Notes under the pieces: model-generated
Told to the model about the DNA's origin: nothing
What the model saw: the letters and a program-made list of their open reading frames with translations, nothing else
Databases searched by the model: none
Program-made: the position numbers and the translations under genes
In this document: positions 18,813-29,308 of the stretch, piece by piece
How the letters are laid out: each line of letters opens with the position of its first letter
Numbering within the stretch: the first letter of the stretch is position 1
From: a bacterium
GTDB lineage: Bacteria; SZUA-182; DTGQ01; JAFGSM01
DNA: 64,000 nt
NCBI GenBank assembly: GCA_049472335.1
Contig: JBLIRO010000015.1
Location: 8,447-72,446 of the forward strand
Direction: 5' to 3'

Positions 18813-21575
18813 CTACTGAAGATCTATAATATTAATATCCTCCCCCAAATAATCCAGGTGATCGATTATGATCTTGTCCATGGCTACCGAGTATACATAG
18901 TCATCCATAAAAATACTTCTCTGTACAACAGAGTCTGAATCCGTCCACCAGTTCCTGCACATACCCCGCCAGTTTTCATAGCTTGATTCCATATGTGAAA
19001 TCCTGCCGCGTTCTGAAAAACCATCATTCAAGGAGATGTCATATACCATCAGTCCGCTGAAGGTCATTTCCGTCCCGTATGTTCCTCCTGACCCGCCCTC
19101 GCATACTGTCATGGGTATCGCAAGAAGATTTTTAGGCGCGAAATAGTTGAAAGCCAGATGATTTGTGGCTGCCTCAGAGGTGCTGCCTCGTGTACCGATG
19201 ACCTCCTTGTGCATCAGTTTCAGATCTTCCATGTCCGATACATCGAAGAGCTGAAGCATTATGCCTTGAAACCAGGCAAAGTCACCCTGATCTTCTGAGT
19301 CATAGCCAATTGTAAGCAGGTGATCATCATCCAAAAGGTGTATATAGGTTGAATAGCCTGGGATCTTAAGCTCCCCCGCAATCATGGGTTTTTGGGGATC
19401 GCTTAAATCAAGGCCAAACAGAGGGTCGGTCTTCTTAAAGGTCACAATAAAACCCTTTGCCCCATTAAACCGAACCGACCTTATATCTTCTTTGGGTGCG
19501 ATATCATCAATCTCGCCAACGACCTTCAATCCGTTCGGTATTTCCTCCAGTATGCTCAGTGTGCTGTGCACATCCGGACTCGGCAAATGACCGGTTGTCG
19601 TGGCAATTCGAAGATGGCCCTCATATTCATCCATTGAAAACTGGTTCAACACCTTTCCCTTGACCACTCCGCTGCCTGCATATTCAACACCGGGGGGGTT
19701 GCATTGAAGCCGGAATTTATGCACCGTGCTGGCTTCCTGAATGCCTGAAGATTTGTCAAAATACCATTTTTGATCTGAATTGTACTTCTGTATGGAGGAT
19801 ATATAAAGTGCCGATGATGAGGCGTAAACAGCCCCGGGATATGCAAATATCGTTTGTTGATTTAATTCCTCCAAACTGTCAATATCCATTGAAACAATGG
19901 TCAGGAAAGATTTGTTGTCCGGTTTGCCTGTGTCATAGAAGGAAGTACAATCGTAAAAAACACTGTCATCGGTGACCGTGCCGCCGGGACCATAAATGGT
20001 GTCCCGGATGCTTGGCAGCCAATCCGAAGTTCTTGAATCTTCGATGATTTTGCGGTTCTTTTCTTTTAACTCTTGGAATGCGGTCAGCAGTTCCTCCATT
20101 GTCGGCTCTTCATTAAAAAATTCATAATAATCCATATACCACCAGGGTAACTCGCACCAATTATATATTTCAGGCCAATATTCGAGTTCAGGCGCAAAAT
20201 AGGCCGGAGAAAAAACCACTGTGTACACGGTGGACCCTACACGGCGTGAATTGATGTATGAACCCCCAAATCTGATCTCCCTCACAAGCACGGGATTCAA
20301 ACGGTCGGATATATCAAAGACCATTATCTTAAGTTTTCGGTTATCCCCGGTGAAATCGCAGTTATAACCATAGGTGCACTCATTATCACTGTCATAGGAA
20401 TAGTACCTGTCATCTAAATAATCAAGGCTTGAAAAGATTAAGGCCCGGTCATTGGCAACAAAAAGCTTTCTGGAAATACCCTCGATCGCTACGGTACTGA
20501 TTATATTGGCATTTTGCGGTGGCCAGGCATCGATAATCAGGAACCTGTCATCCGCTAAAATATATATATATGACCCGTCATTCTTAATAAAATCGGCCTC
20601 ATCCACCCTCACTACCTGTAAATTTGTTGTTGAATATTCATCAGCGCTCTCTGAAAATGGGAAAAAATCGGTATTCAGTCCATAAGGTAGAGGAGGAGTA
20701 TAAAGTGATCCATCCGTGCCATAGAAATATGGAACAATAGAAGAATTGACATTGGAACAAGCAGCTCGGGAATAATCGTAAGTATCATTACAACAACCCC
20801 CGCATTCGATCACAGTTTCAATATATGAGTCAATCTCTTCCTCCATTTCATTGATTGCCTCTTCCTTTAATTTCGCAAGCAAATCTTCACAATTAGTGAC
20901 AGGTTTAAGTTTTGCAAGATAGCTTCCTCCGGGTGAGGATTGAGTAAAATCATCTTCTTTATTTTCCTCGCCTTCCCTGTTGGTTTGCGCCTGAGAATCA
21001 TTATCTTTATTCTGTTTTGGAGCAAGAAATAACAGATTGAATCTTTGCAAATCCTGAACTGAACCATTTGGATTGTAGAGATTATTTAAAGGGTTTGATG
21101 TAAAGGCATTACTATTGAAAGAGAAATTATCTGTGTTATAAAGCTGAATTGTATTCATGCTGTATGATCTGCCGGGAATCGAAAGGTCAAAATGATTATA
21201 TAATTTGTTGAATGAATTGATAACTAGTCTATTGTTTGTATTAAACAGGCCGAATGAGTTGTAAAGATTGAAAAATCCGTTGTTCTGATTTAAACCATTC
21301 CAGTTATGGTTTTTGTTAAAATTTAAAAGACTGTTTGTGGTATTGAAATTATTCAATCCATAACTGTTTATGCTTGAATTATCAAACTGGTTTGATAGAG
21401 CAGGAAATGAGTTGAATTGAAAATTTGTGAAATACGGATTTGATTCTATCGAAAATAAAGCCGCATCTGATTTAACCGGACATAAAAAAAGGCAGCTTAT
21501 CATTATGAATACAATTAAGGCCTTTAATAAAAAAACGTAAGCATTTATATTGAATCCATCTTTTATATAATTCAT
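18813..21575 (-). CDS. Secreted beta-propeller domain protein (Beta_propel family) with Asn/Phe-rich N-terminal region
   Basis: 'YSTTNLQV..VDEADFIKNDG', 'NQFSMDEY.G.LRIATT', 'SVRF', 'TFKKTDPLF..DL', 'GELKIPGYSTY.H'. Confidence 0.85.
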   Translation of the reverse strand: MNYIKDGFNINAYVFLLKALIVFIMISCLFLCPVKSDAALFSIESNPYFTNFQFNSFPALSNQFDNSSINSYGLNNFNTTNSLLNFNKNHNWNGLNQNNGFFNLYNSFGLFNTNNRLVINSFNKLYNHFDLSIPGRSYSMNTIQLYNTDNFSFNSNAFTSNPLNNLYNPNGSVQDLQRFNLLFLAPKQNKDNDSQAQTNREGEENKEDDFTQSSPGGSYLAKLKPVTNCEDLLAKLKEEAINEMEEEIDSYIETVIECGGCCNDTYDYSRAACSNVNSSIVPYFYGTDGSLYTPPLPYGLNTDFFPFSESADEYSTTNLQVVRVDEADFIKNDGSYIYILADDRFLIIDAWPPQNANIISTVAIEGISRKLFVANDRALIFSSLDYLDDRYYSYDSDNECTYGYNCDFTGDNRKLKIMVFDISDRLNPVLVREIRFGGSYINSRRVGSTVYTVVFSPAYFAPELEYWPEIYNWCELPWWYMDYYEFFNEEPTMEELLTAFQELKEKNRKIIEDSRTSDWLPSIRDTIYGPGGTVTDDSVFYDCTSFYDTGKPDNKSFLTIVSMDIDSLEELNQQTIFAYPGAVYASSSALYISSIQKYNSDQKWYFDKSSGIQEASTVHKFRLQCNPPGVEYAGSGVVKGKVLNQFSMDEYEGHLRIATTTGHLPSPDVHSTLSILEEIPNGLKVVGEIDDIAPKEDIRSVRFNGAKGFIVTFKKTDPLFGLDLSDPQKPMIAGELKIPGYSTYIHLLDDDHLLTIGYDSEDQGDFAWFQGIMLQLFDVSDMEDLKLMHKEVIGTRGSTSEAATNHLAFNYFAPKNLLAIPMTVCEGGSGGTYGTEMTFSGLMVYDISLNDGFSERGRISHMESSYENWRGMCRNWWTDSDSVVQRSIFMDDYVYSVAMDKIIIDHLDYLGEDINIIDLQ

Positions 21576-21840
21576 TTTAATCCCTCCCCGTGTCCTTGAA
21601 TTGCCGATTATTTTAAAAATCAGGCATTAAATAAATATTTTGTCCTTTTATCTCATAGGTGTCTCTCCTTTCACCGGTTTTAACAGAAAATCCCGCCTTG
21701 GTATTTTGATTCTTTAATATTAATTTGGTATTAATGGTTGGTTTATGTAATATTATGCAAAAAATTATATTAATATTGGCTGCATTAAATTATGACGATG
21801 ACATTAACCTTTAGTTACGATAATAGTCAACTTCATCGGA

Positions 21841-21990
21841 ATACCCATTTTAAAAGGCGAAGACTATATAAAGGGGGGTATTGAGATTGAACTAAAGAAT
21901 GCATGTGCGATCCCTTATCTTTTTACTGCTTCTCCCTTTTGGAGTCCTAATGGTGCGTTGATTGGAATCATAGAAAATTTTAGGTGCTTG
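21841..21990 (+). pseudogene. Possible PAS/PAC-domain gene remnant
   Basis: Frame from 21841 reads IPILKGEDYI..IPYLFTASPFWSPNGALIGIIENFR, resembling a PAC motif; no proper start; the frame runs antisense into the next gene. Confidence 0.35.
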
Positions 21991-22133
21991 AGCAATATTG
22001 AAAATGGAGAAGATGTCATTCAAAAGCAGATGCATATAAAGGAGAAGGTTTTTGATATTTCAATTAATATTGATAATTTTAGTAAATCAAACCTGACACA
22101 GATTCAAAAAGCAGATAAAAAAATTAAAGCAGA

Positions 22134-22820
22134 TTACTCACTGTCTGTCATTGAAATCCTTTCAGCCATTAATAAATCATCAGGGTATGTAATTGAAAGC
22201 CAGAACCCGGCCCGTATCATTCTGATAGGATGTCTCTTGCTGAGTGATACCATCATATGTGGTAATGATTGCTCATTCTGGTTGTTATAGATTATCTCTT
22301 CTTCAAATATATCCTTTGTCAATACACACGCACCCGTAAAGATTAGATTCTTATGGGAAATAATCTCAGAGTTGTTTACTATATCAAGCAGATAACCATC
22401 CTTTTCTAAACATATACTAAATCTGCCCGGGTCATCTTTTTCTATTACTAACATTGCCAAATCATGTTTTGTAAGCTTTATCAGATCCTTATGATTATAA
22501 AAATCGTCTCCCATCAGGCAGAGAAAGGGATTATTCCTTATATACGGCCTGGCAGAATTGAGGGCGTCAAATGTCCCTAGCTGTTTTTTTTGCATGGCGT
22601 AACGAATTCTCCTCTCCTTATATGCCTCCCCGAAATGTCCCTGTATCTGATCAGATAGAAACCCAACAACCATTATTACCTCGTCAATACAGTCCGGAAG
22701 GGAATCCAATGAATATTCCAGGATCGGACGCCCTGAAACCTCCAGCATCGGTTTTGGCTTATTATTGGTTAAGGGGCGTAATCGCGTTCCCTCACCTGCC
22801 GCAAAAATGACTGCCTGCAT
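22134..22820 (-). CDS. Sugar-phosphate nucleotidyltransferase (GlmU/MurU-like single domain)
   Basis: 'AVIFAAGEGTRLRPLT..PKPM', 'Q..QLGT..AL', 'GDD'. Confidence 0.9.
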   Translation of the reverse strand: MQAVIFAAGEGTRLRPLTNNKPKPMLEVSGRPILEYSLDSLPDCIDEVIMVVGFLSDQIQGHFGEAYKERRIRYAMQKKQLGTFDALNSARPYIRNNPFLCLMGDDFYNHKDLIKLTKHDLAMLVIEKDDPGRFSICLEKDGYLLDIVNNSEIISHKNLIFTGACVLTKDIFEEEIIYNNQNEQSLPHMMVSLSKRHPIRMIRAGFWLSITYPDDLLMAERISMTDSE

Positions 22821-22828
22821 GATAATAC

Positions 22829-23860
22829 TTAATCCTTTTTTATTAAGCCCTTGATAATCTCTATGGCCTTTTCTTCTTTTCTCTTGATGTCATAAAAAAG
22901 TTTCAGTTGATTTCCTGCCTTATTTAGATTCTGTTCATAAAGGGTATCATAATTCCTTGAATCCAGTTGAAAATAGGATTGTGTATAAGCGTCCTCCAGG
23001 AATCTGGAAGAAAGCTCCAGGGCAATTGTAGCTGCTGAAGCCGGAACTGCCAAGAATTCTCTATCTTCTACAATCCGGCCGGCATCCTGAAAATAACCCT
23101 CCATCGCCGCGCTGAATAGTTCCAGGTCGAAATATACATGGTCGGAGTCCTCGCCTCCGGGATTACACCAGGAACGGACAGCATCTCCCATCTCCAGGGA
23201 TATGCTCCCCTTTCGCAAGGTGTCCAGGTCAATCAGACATAAGGCCTTACTTTCGGACGGTTCGAAAAGAATGTTATTAAATTTTAAATCACCATGAAGG
23301 ATATGCCGGGGGTTAAATTCAGGGATTTTTAAGAATCGATACGATTTTAAGATATCATTTTTTATTGATAAAATTTTTTTGTCTTCACAATCTTTAAGAC
23401 TGCTGCAAAGCCGCTCGATGAAGAATTCAGTCCTGTGCCAATTTTGAGACTTGTGCTCGAATTTATAATCCAGGGCCGAAAGGACCCTGTGAAATCTTCC
23501 CACTAAACGGCCGGCTGAGTCTGCGAATTCGATACCAGGTATAGTGTCAAATGTCCTTCCTTCAATGAAGGTCATCATCCGCCACGAATTGCTACCCTGC
23601 TTTAACAGAACCCCACCACCATTTTTATGTATTAATAAAGGCGTTATTAAACCATTATCTCTTAGAAAAGAAGTTACTACATCAATGTCTTCCGTTACCG
23701 AATCAGGGAAGATTCCATGAAGCTTCTGTAATATATATCTATTTTTATCCGTTTCAACAAGGAATGTTTTGTTTATTAAACCTTTCTCTATAGGGTTAAT
23801 CGACGTTACCCCTTCTATTTTGAACTCTTTAGTGATTGTTTTTAAATTTTCTAAATTCAT
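22829..23860 (-). CDS. Aminoglycoside phosphotransferase-fold kinase (N-acetylhexosamine 1-kinase-like)
   Basis: 'GLINKTF', 'YILQK', Brenner 'HGDLKFNNILF', 'LIDLDT', 'GDAVRS', 'ELSSRFLED..YF'. Confidence 0.8.
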   Translation of the reverse strand: MNLENLKTITKEFKIEGVTSINPIEKGLINKTFLVETDKNRYILQKLHGIFPDSVTEDIDVVTSFLRDNGLITPLLIHKNGGGVLLKQGSNSWRMMTFIEGRTFDTIPGIEFADSAGRLVGRFHRVLSALDYKFEHKSQNWHRTEFFIERLCSSLKDCEDKKILSIKNDILKSYRFLKIPEFNPRHILHGDLKFNNILFEPSESKALCLIDLDTLRKGSISLEMGDAVRSWCNPGGEDSDHVYFDLELFSAAMEGYFQDAGRIVEDREFLAVPASAATIALELSSRFLEDAYTQSYFQLDSRNYDTLYEQNLNKAGNQLKLFYDIKRKEEKAIEIIKGLIKKD

Positions 23861-23881
23861 ATACCCTTTACATACTTAAGG

Positions 23882-24304
23882 TTATCCTTTCATAACTTTT
23901 TTAATCAGCCCTGATTGCATTTTATCTCTATAATATGCAAAATCCGTTATCCTTGGGAACATGACCATTTTAAACCTGGATGACTCCTCCGGATCGTTAA
24001 TCAAAAGACATTCTCCATTTGAAAAAATTTGACGTAGAAGTTCCTCACCGGCCGAATTCAATATTACGGGATGAATATCATTTCTTAAGATGCGGCCCAA
24101 TTCCACAATGGATTTTTTGATGATTGTTTTCTTATATTCCTGATATTCAAAAAAATTTCTATCTAAAAGGATTCCTATGTCAATATCACTCGAATGATAT
24201 TCCTTCCCTTTTGCATTCGATCCAAATAAGTAGACGGTAATTATTCCATTTTTGCTTTTGAAATAGTTTTTGATCTTTTCTTTTAATAATTCTATGTCCT
24301 TCAT
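23882..24304 (-). CDS. Minimal nucleotidyltransferase (MNT/MntA-like), no adjacent HEPN gene
   Basis: 'YLFGS.AKG....SDIDIGIL' (GS-x10-DxD); ATG at 24304. Confidence 0.85.
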   Translation of the reverse strand: MKDIELLKEKIKNYFKSKNGIITVYLFGSNAKGKEYHSSDIDIGILLDRNFFEYQEYKKTIIKKSIVELGRILRNDIHPVILNSAGEELLRQIFSNGECLLINDPEESSRFKMVMFPRITDFAYYRDKMQSGLIKKVMKG

Positions 24305-24645
24305 TCTTTCCAATCCAAAAATAAGAATTTTTATTAAACTACTTAATACTTGATGGTAAAATGGAAAAAAACTCAAATTTTATTAATAAATTAATATAAC
24401 ATTCATGATATCGGGATGCAATATGATATGATAAAATTTAACTTTCTGTCTTGACATAGGGAGTGACCTTAGTTTATACATGAATGAAGCAGGCAATCCT
24501 TTTTTAAAACAGTAAATAGAATATCCATAGAATAACTGATCATAACTAGCTTGAATATTGTCTTAAAAGGAGGCCAATTGAGAATAAAGGTGATTTTATA
24601 GATCTAAACCATAGGGATTTTTATCCATCCGTAAGGGGAAATGTT

Positions 24646-27600
24646 ATGCAAAAAACAAAATCATTGTCATTATATTTATCAATTCCATTGCTGGTTTCCT
24701 TTCTCATATTCACGGGTTGTGAAAGAAAGATCTCGGTAGAGCAGAAAATACCTGAAAAACTGGAGACGGATCAAGCCTTTGTTGAGCTGAAAATCAATCT
24801 CCTGGATAAGGGGCCTCAACAGCTTAATCAAACAGGAGATTGTGAATTAATCCTCAAGCCTAATATCCATATGGAAGAATTTGCGCTGGAATTGAGCGCC
24901 GCAGGCAGCATAATTATTAAGCCGACAAATGATTTTCAAAAAAAAGCGCCCGAGCAGGGGGCGTTGAGAGACATCCCTGTTCACACAATGTTCCAGACTA
25001 TTATCCACTCCATGGAAAAAAATGAACAGATAAAAATAAGGATACCTTTTAAGATAGAAAAACCGGGTTATGGATATATTGCTGTGAGGATACTTTCACC
25101 CGAAGGAAAACCCACCGAATATTCCAATGGATTAACTCTCTATGCATTAGGGCGGGATGATAGGATTTTCTATAGTGAGCACAGCATTATGGACCTGGAT
25201 GCTCAAAGCCTGAGAGATGAGTTGCAAAGGAAGGGGATGGACAAAGAGACCATCGAATATGAGATAAAAAAACTTAAACGCGGCGGGGCCCGTTTAAACA
25301 AAAGTTCCAGAGAGGGGACCAATAGCTCCAAAAGGCTTCATGACAGGCAATCCTACAATTCCATCACCATAGACGGGCATATCCGTTTTACAGATTCCAT
25401 CGGCGGGGTCCATCCTGTCCGTTTTGCTACGGTCAACATAATGGATCAGGAAGCTACCCCCCCGGACCAATTGGTTGCTGCTACGCAAACCGATGAGAAC
25501 GGTTTCTATTCAGTCACTGTTGATGACAATGACGGCGATGGGACCGGAAGGGACATATACGTAGTTGTCCGGGCGAACGGCGACACCATACAGGTTGAAG
25601 ATTACGGCACTAATCATGACGTTGCTTCCAGAGACGTATGGGAACTGGATTCCAATCCTCCTGTTGTTGATGTGCCGGATAATACAACGCAAACCATAAA
25701 CATCACCGCCACCAATAATATCGCGAGCCCTCAAAATGTCGCCTTTGAACTATACGAGGCCATGAACACCATATCCCGATATCTGCCGGAGCTGGATGAG
25801 CCCCTGCCGGCCAAGATCCCGATACGCTATCCGCGGCTTGGGTCGACAGTGGCCAGTTTCAGCCCCACGGACATATGGATAAAGATCCCCGACGCAAAGG
25901 TCCATGATTGGGATGTCCATCATCATGAATACGGGCATTATATTCAGCATATTTACGGAACCGCCGACAACCCCGGAGGGCCACATTCCTCCTGTAATAA
26001 CCTGTGCGTCACCAAAGGCGATAAAGATCAGGGGGTGCGCATGTCATGGGCCGAATCCTGGCCCACGTTTTTCGGTACCATGGCCCAGAACGAGATGGGG
26101 CTGGATGCTTTAGGCATCCCAGACCTTGGAGATGTCCGCTACACCTGCCCTGCTAATGGCCTGGATTATGATCTGGAGGACGAGACCGACGGCTGTAATA
26201 ACGGGGAAGGCTGTGAGCGGGCCCTTATGCGAATATTCTGGGACCTGTATGATAATGTCAATGATGACGATGACCAGGATGTAAATCTGGGCGCCCAATA
26301 TCTCTGGGATGTCATCAAGGACAATCAGCCCCTGACCTTTTCGGCCTTTTGGAACTATTTGATACTTGATAAAACCGAGGCGGAACGGATTGCTTATGGG
26401 AGGATCTGCACGCGCTATGGGATTGCCTCTGAAACCACGATGCCTGCCGACGGTACCGTTTACGCGGGCGGGGCTTCACCAACCTTCCAATGGAATGGAA
26501 ATATGGGGTGCGATATGGGAGGCAATGCCCGCTATTCCGTACGTTTTTATAACAATGACCTGACTGCCCTGATCTATTCCTCACCCTGGCAAAACGGTAC
26601 CTCCTTTGTCCCAAGCCCTGATCAGATAAATCAGATATTTGTAGGACCTGATTCCACTCTCAGGTGGATAGCCAGCAGCAAAGACCTGAGCGCTCCCGAA
26701 ACCGGGGCCTATTACGGCAATTTACAGACCATAGTTGATAACTATGATGTGCCTGACCGCAATCCTGTTGACATCGTCCTTGCCATGGATCTTTCCGGAA
26801 GCATGGCAAATCCCGTTCCGGGGAGCGATTTCCCCATAAGCAAGCTCGAACTGTTACAGCAGGCCACGGAGGTCTTCATCAGGACCTGGGCCATGCACGC
26901 TATAGACGGCGACAGGCTGGGTGTTATTTACTTCAGCACCCATACAAGTTCCGTAGCGGGAGCGGTTTCTCCATACCTGCTGGGTGTGGCCACAGATGCG
27001 GAGACAATCATTAACGATATCAAAGGAAAAACAGCCGGTGTTTGCACGGCGATCGGAGGGGCGATCCAGGCAGGCTTCAACTGTCTGACTGATGGTGATA
27101 ACAAAAAGGTCATCCTGCTGTTTAGTGACGGTGAGCAGACAAAAAATCCCTTTGTGGACGAAGAAGGTATTCCATCGCGTCTGAAGATCCGTCAGGTGCC
27201 TGACGGAGGCACTGTCCCCTTTGGTGGCTATTGGTGCGGGGGCAGCGGGCTTGCCAATGATCCGGAAGGAAATCCCATTGTTCCGGATGGCACTACATTA
27301 GAAGACCACCATATCCAGATCCATACAATAGGTGTGGGGGTTGCCGGGGCTGACTTTGAAGAGCTTATAGAGCGTATGGCAAGTGAGACAGATGCCCTGC
27401 ATCATTATACTTCCCTGCCGGATGAGGACCTGGATATCTTTTTTACCAATGATCTCATAAACAGCCTGAAGACCGGGACCCTGGAGATCGTGAAAACTGA
27501 AAAGGAGAACCTCTCACTCAAAGAGACACGCCACCTTTCCGTTCCCGTCAACCTGGCTTCAAAATCCTTTACCTTTGTGCTCTCATGGAAGGGCGAATCG

Positions 27601-28662
27601 AATCCCGATGCCATACTGACTACCATTAAACTCCCTGATGGCTCTATAGCTACGGCAGATAAAACAGATCATGGTCCGTTCTTTTCCATTCACAAGTTTG
27701 AATTTCCCTATGAGACTGAAGATGGCGCGTACCATAGTCACAACGGCAACTGGCTGATCACCTTACAGGGCCAGTCACAGGCTGACCTGATAAAATACCA
27801 GGCCACTGCCATTGTGGATGAGCCCTGTTTTGATTATGAGTTTGATTTTCCCCGTACCTGCTATGGCACAGGTGACAGGATAATTTTAAGGGCGAAGCTT
27901 TTACAGGATCACAAACCCCTCAGAAAAGCGGACGGCATATGGGTTGACATTGCATCCCCTGCTTACTCAAGCATGAACATTCAGGCGAAATATCTCCCTC
28001 AGATTGATATGAAAAGGGATGAAACCAGTATGACCTCAATGAAGAGGAAAATCCTTTCATGGTTCGGGCGGAATAAGGATGATTTCACTTATCAGGACCG
28101 CCTGACGGAATTATTGCGGAAAAATCCCGAAGTTGCCCGGTTGCTGAATGCAAAACAATCGGACAGTATCCGGCTTCACGATGACGGACAACCCCTCCAT
28201 GGAGACAAGATCGCGGGAGATGGCATCTATTCCAATATCTATTCGACAACCCGGATCCCGGGCAATTACCAGTTCAAGCTCAATATAATAGTATCCTCGG
28301 TCTGCGGGAGGGTGGAACGCTCCGCAATAACCTCCACTCTGGTTCGTGTAAGGGATTTCGATCTCACCAAAAGTTTCATTACTCTCAAGATCATAGAGGA
28401 TGGTTTATACGCTATCCTCATAAAACCGCAGGACCGCTTCGGTAACCTGCTTGGTCCCGGACATGGCCGGGATATCAAAATATATTCCTCAAGCGGCAGG
28501 CTCACAGGGACTTGGAACGACAATCTTGACGGCACCTATTACCATCTAATCAAAGTAAAGCTGGGTGACAATCCCCGTATCAATATCCGAATCCGTGGCA
28601 GGGATTTCATACAGACGAACCTCGCCACTTTAAAAAGTGTGGATAGGTTTAGATTGCTCTGA
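24646..28662 (+). CDS. Large lipoprotein with zincin (HExxH) domain, vWA domain and C-terminal Ig-like domains
   Basis: Lipobox-like FTG-C; 'HHEYGH' plus downstream 'WAESW'; MIDAS 'DLSGS..T..LFSDG'; 'LHDDG..GD.IAGDGIYS'. Confidence 0.8.
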   Translation: MQKTKSLSLYLSIPLLVSFLIFTGCERKISVEQKIPEKLETDQAFVELKINLLDKGPQQLNQTGDCELILKPNIHMEEFALELSAAGSIIIKPTNDFQKKAPEQGALRDIPVHTMFQTIIHSMEKNEQIKIRIPFKIEKPGYGYIAVRILSPEGKPTEYSNGLTLYALGRDDRIFYSEHSIMDLDAQSLRDELQRKGMDKETIEYEIKKLKRGGARLNKSSREGTNSSKRLHDRQSYNSITIDGHIRFTDSIGGVHPVRFATVNIMDQEATPPDQLVAATQTDENGFYSVTVDDNDGDGTGRDIYVVVRANGDTIQVEDYGTNHDVASRDVWELDSNPPVVDVPDNTTQTINITATNNIASPQNVAFELYEAMNTISRYLPELDEPLPAKIPIRYPRLGSTVASFSPTDIWIKIPDAKVHDWDVHHHEYGHYIQHIYGTADNPGGPHSSCNNLCVTKGDKDQGVRMSWAESWPTFFGTMAQNEMGLDALGIPDLGDVRYTCPANGLDYDLEDETDGCNNGEGCERALMRIFWDLYDNVNDDDDQDVNLGAQYLWDVIKDNQPLTFSAFWNYLILDKTEAERIAYGRICTRYGIASETTMPADGTVYAGGASPTFQWNGNMGCDMGGNARYSVRFYNNDLTALIYSSPWQNGTSFVPSPDQINQIFVGPDSTLRWIASSKDLSAPETGAYYGNLQTIVDNYDVPDRNPVDIVLAMDLSGSMANPVPGSDFPISKLELLQQATEVFIRTWAMHAIDGDRLGVIYFSTHTSSVAGAVSPYLLGVATDAETIINDIKGKTAGVCTAIGGAIQAGFNCLTDGDNKKVILLFSDGEQTKNPFVDEEGIPSRLKIRQVPDGGTVPFGGYWCGGSGLANDPEGNPIVPDGTTLEDHHIQIHTIGVGVAGADFEELIERMASETDALHHYTSLPDEDLDIFFTNDLINSLKTGTLEIVKTEKENLSLKETRHLSVPVNLASKSFTFVLSWKGESNPDAILTTIKLPDGSIATADKTDHGPFFSIHKFEFPYETEDGAYHSHNGNWLITLQGQSQADLIKYQATAIVDEPCFDYEFDFPRTCYGTGDRIILRAKLLQDHKPLRKADGIWVDIASPAYSSMNIQAKYLPQIDMKRDETSMTSMKRKILSWFGRNKDDFTYQDRLTELLRKNPEVARLLNAKQSDSIRLHDDGQPLHGDKIAGDGIYSNIYSTTRIPGNYQFKLNIIVSSVCGRVERSAITSTLVRVRDFDLTKSFITLKIIEDGLYAILIKPQDRFGNLLGPGHGRDIKIYSSSGRLTGTWNDNLDGTYYHLIKVKLGDNPRINIRIRGRDFIQTNLATLKSVDRFRLL

Positions 28663-29308
28663 TGCAAATGATTCTGAATTTTTAGCACAAGTCGGAAAGA
28701 GCGGATAGAGATTTAAGGGCTATTATGGTGACTACAAGATAGTTGTAAGGCTTAGTTCGGGGTTTTCAAGAACGTTTCCTCCACTTCTAATCATTTATGC
28801 CAATCATAAAAACCATTTATAGAATAGTCAGTTCCATCCTCTTTATTGATTAATTTGACATCGGTTCGAATCACCGGGCCATAAGATCTGGAGAGAGTAG
28901 AGTTCTGATTGAGTGCAGGTTAAAAAAATACTGAAAAATAAGATGCCTTTTGTCGGAACCAAACAGCTATAATTAAATAGAATAGATACTTTAAGAAAAA
29001 GTTGCCGATAATAATAAAAAATATGGATATATTGCTCATGTGACCTGAAACTAGAAAGTTTAAATGTGAAAAAGATCATAGTTTTACAGGAAAAATATCA
29101 TATTGTTTAACAAATCCCTTATCCAAGAAATAAATCTGGTCATCAGAAATCATTTTTAATGAAATATAACTATTTCGTTAACATTTGGAAAGGGGGTGAT
29201 AAAAAGACTAAAAATGTAATCAGTATTATTGATAACTGAATTTAAGCGATTGCTTAGTAATCACCTTAATAATTTACTAAAATTTACTGAGTAAAGGAGA
29301 AAGTTGTT

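Noticed and set aside
21958..22290. 110-aa ORF as an intact gene
   Set aside because: Overlaps the nucleotidyltransferase antisense by 157 nt; only its 5' part resembles a PAC remnant.
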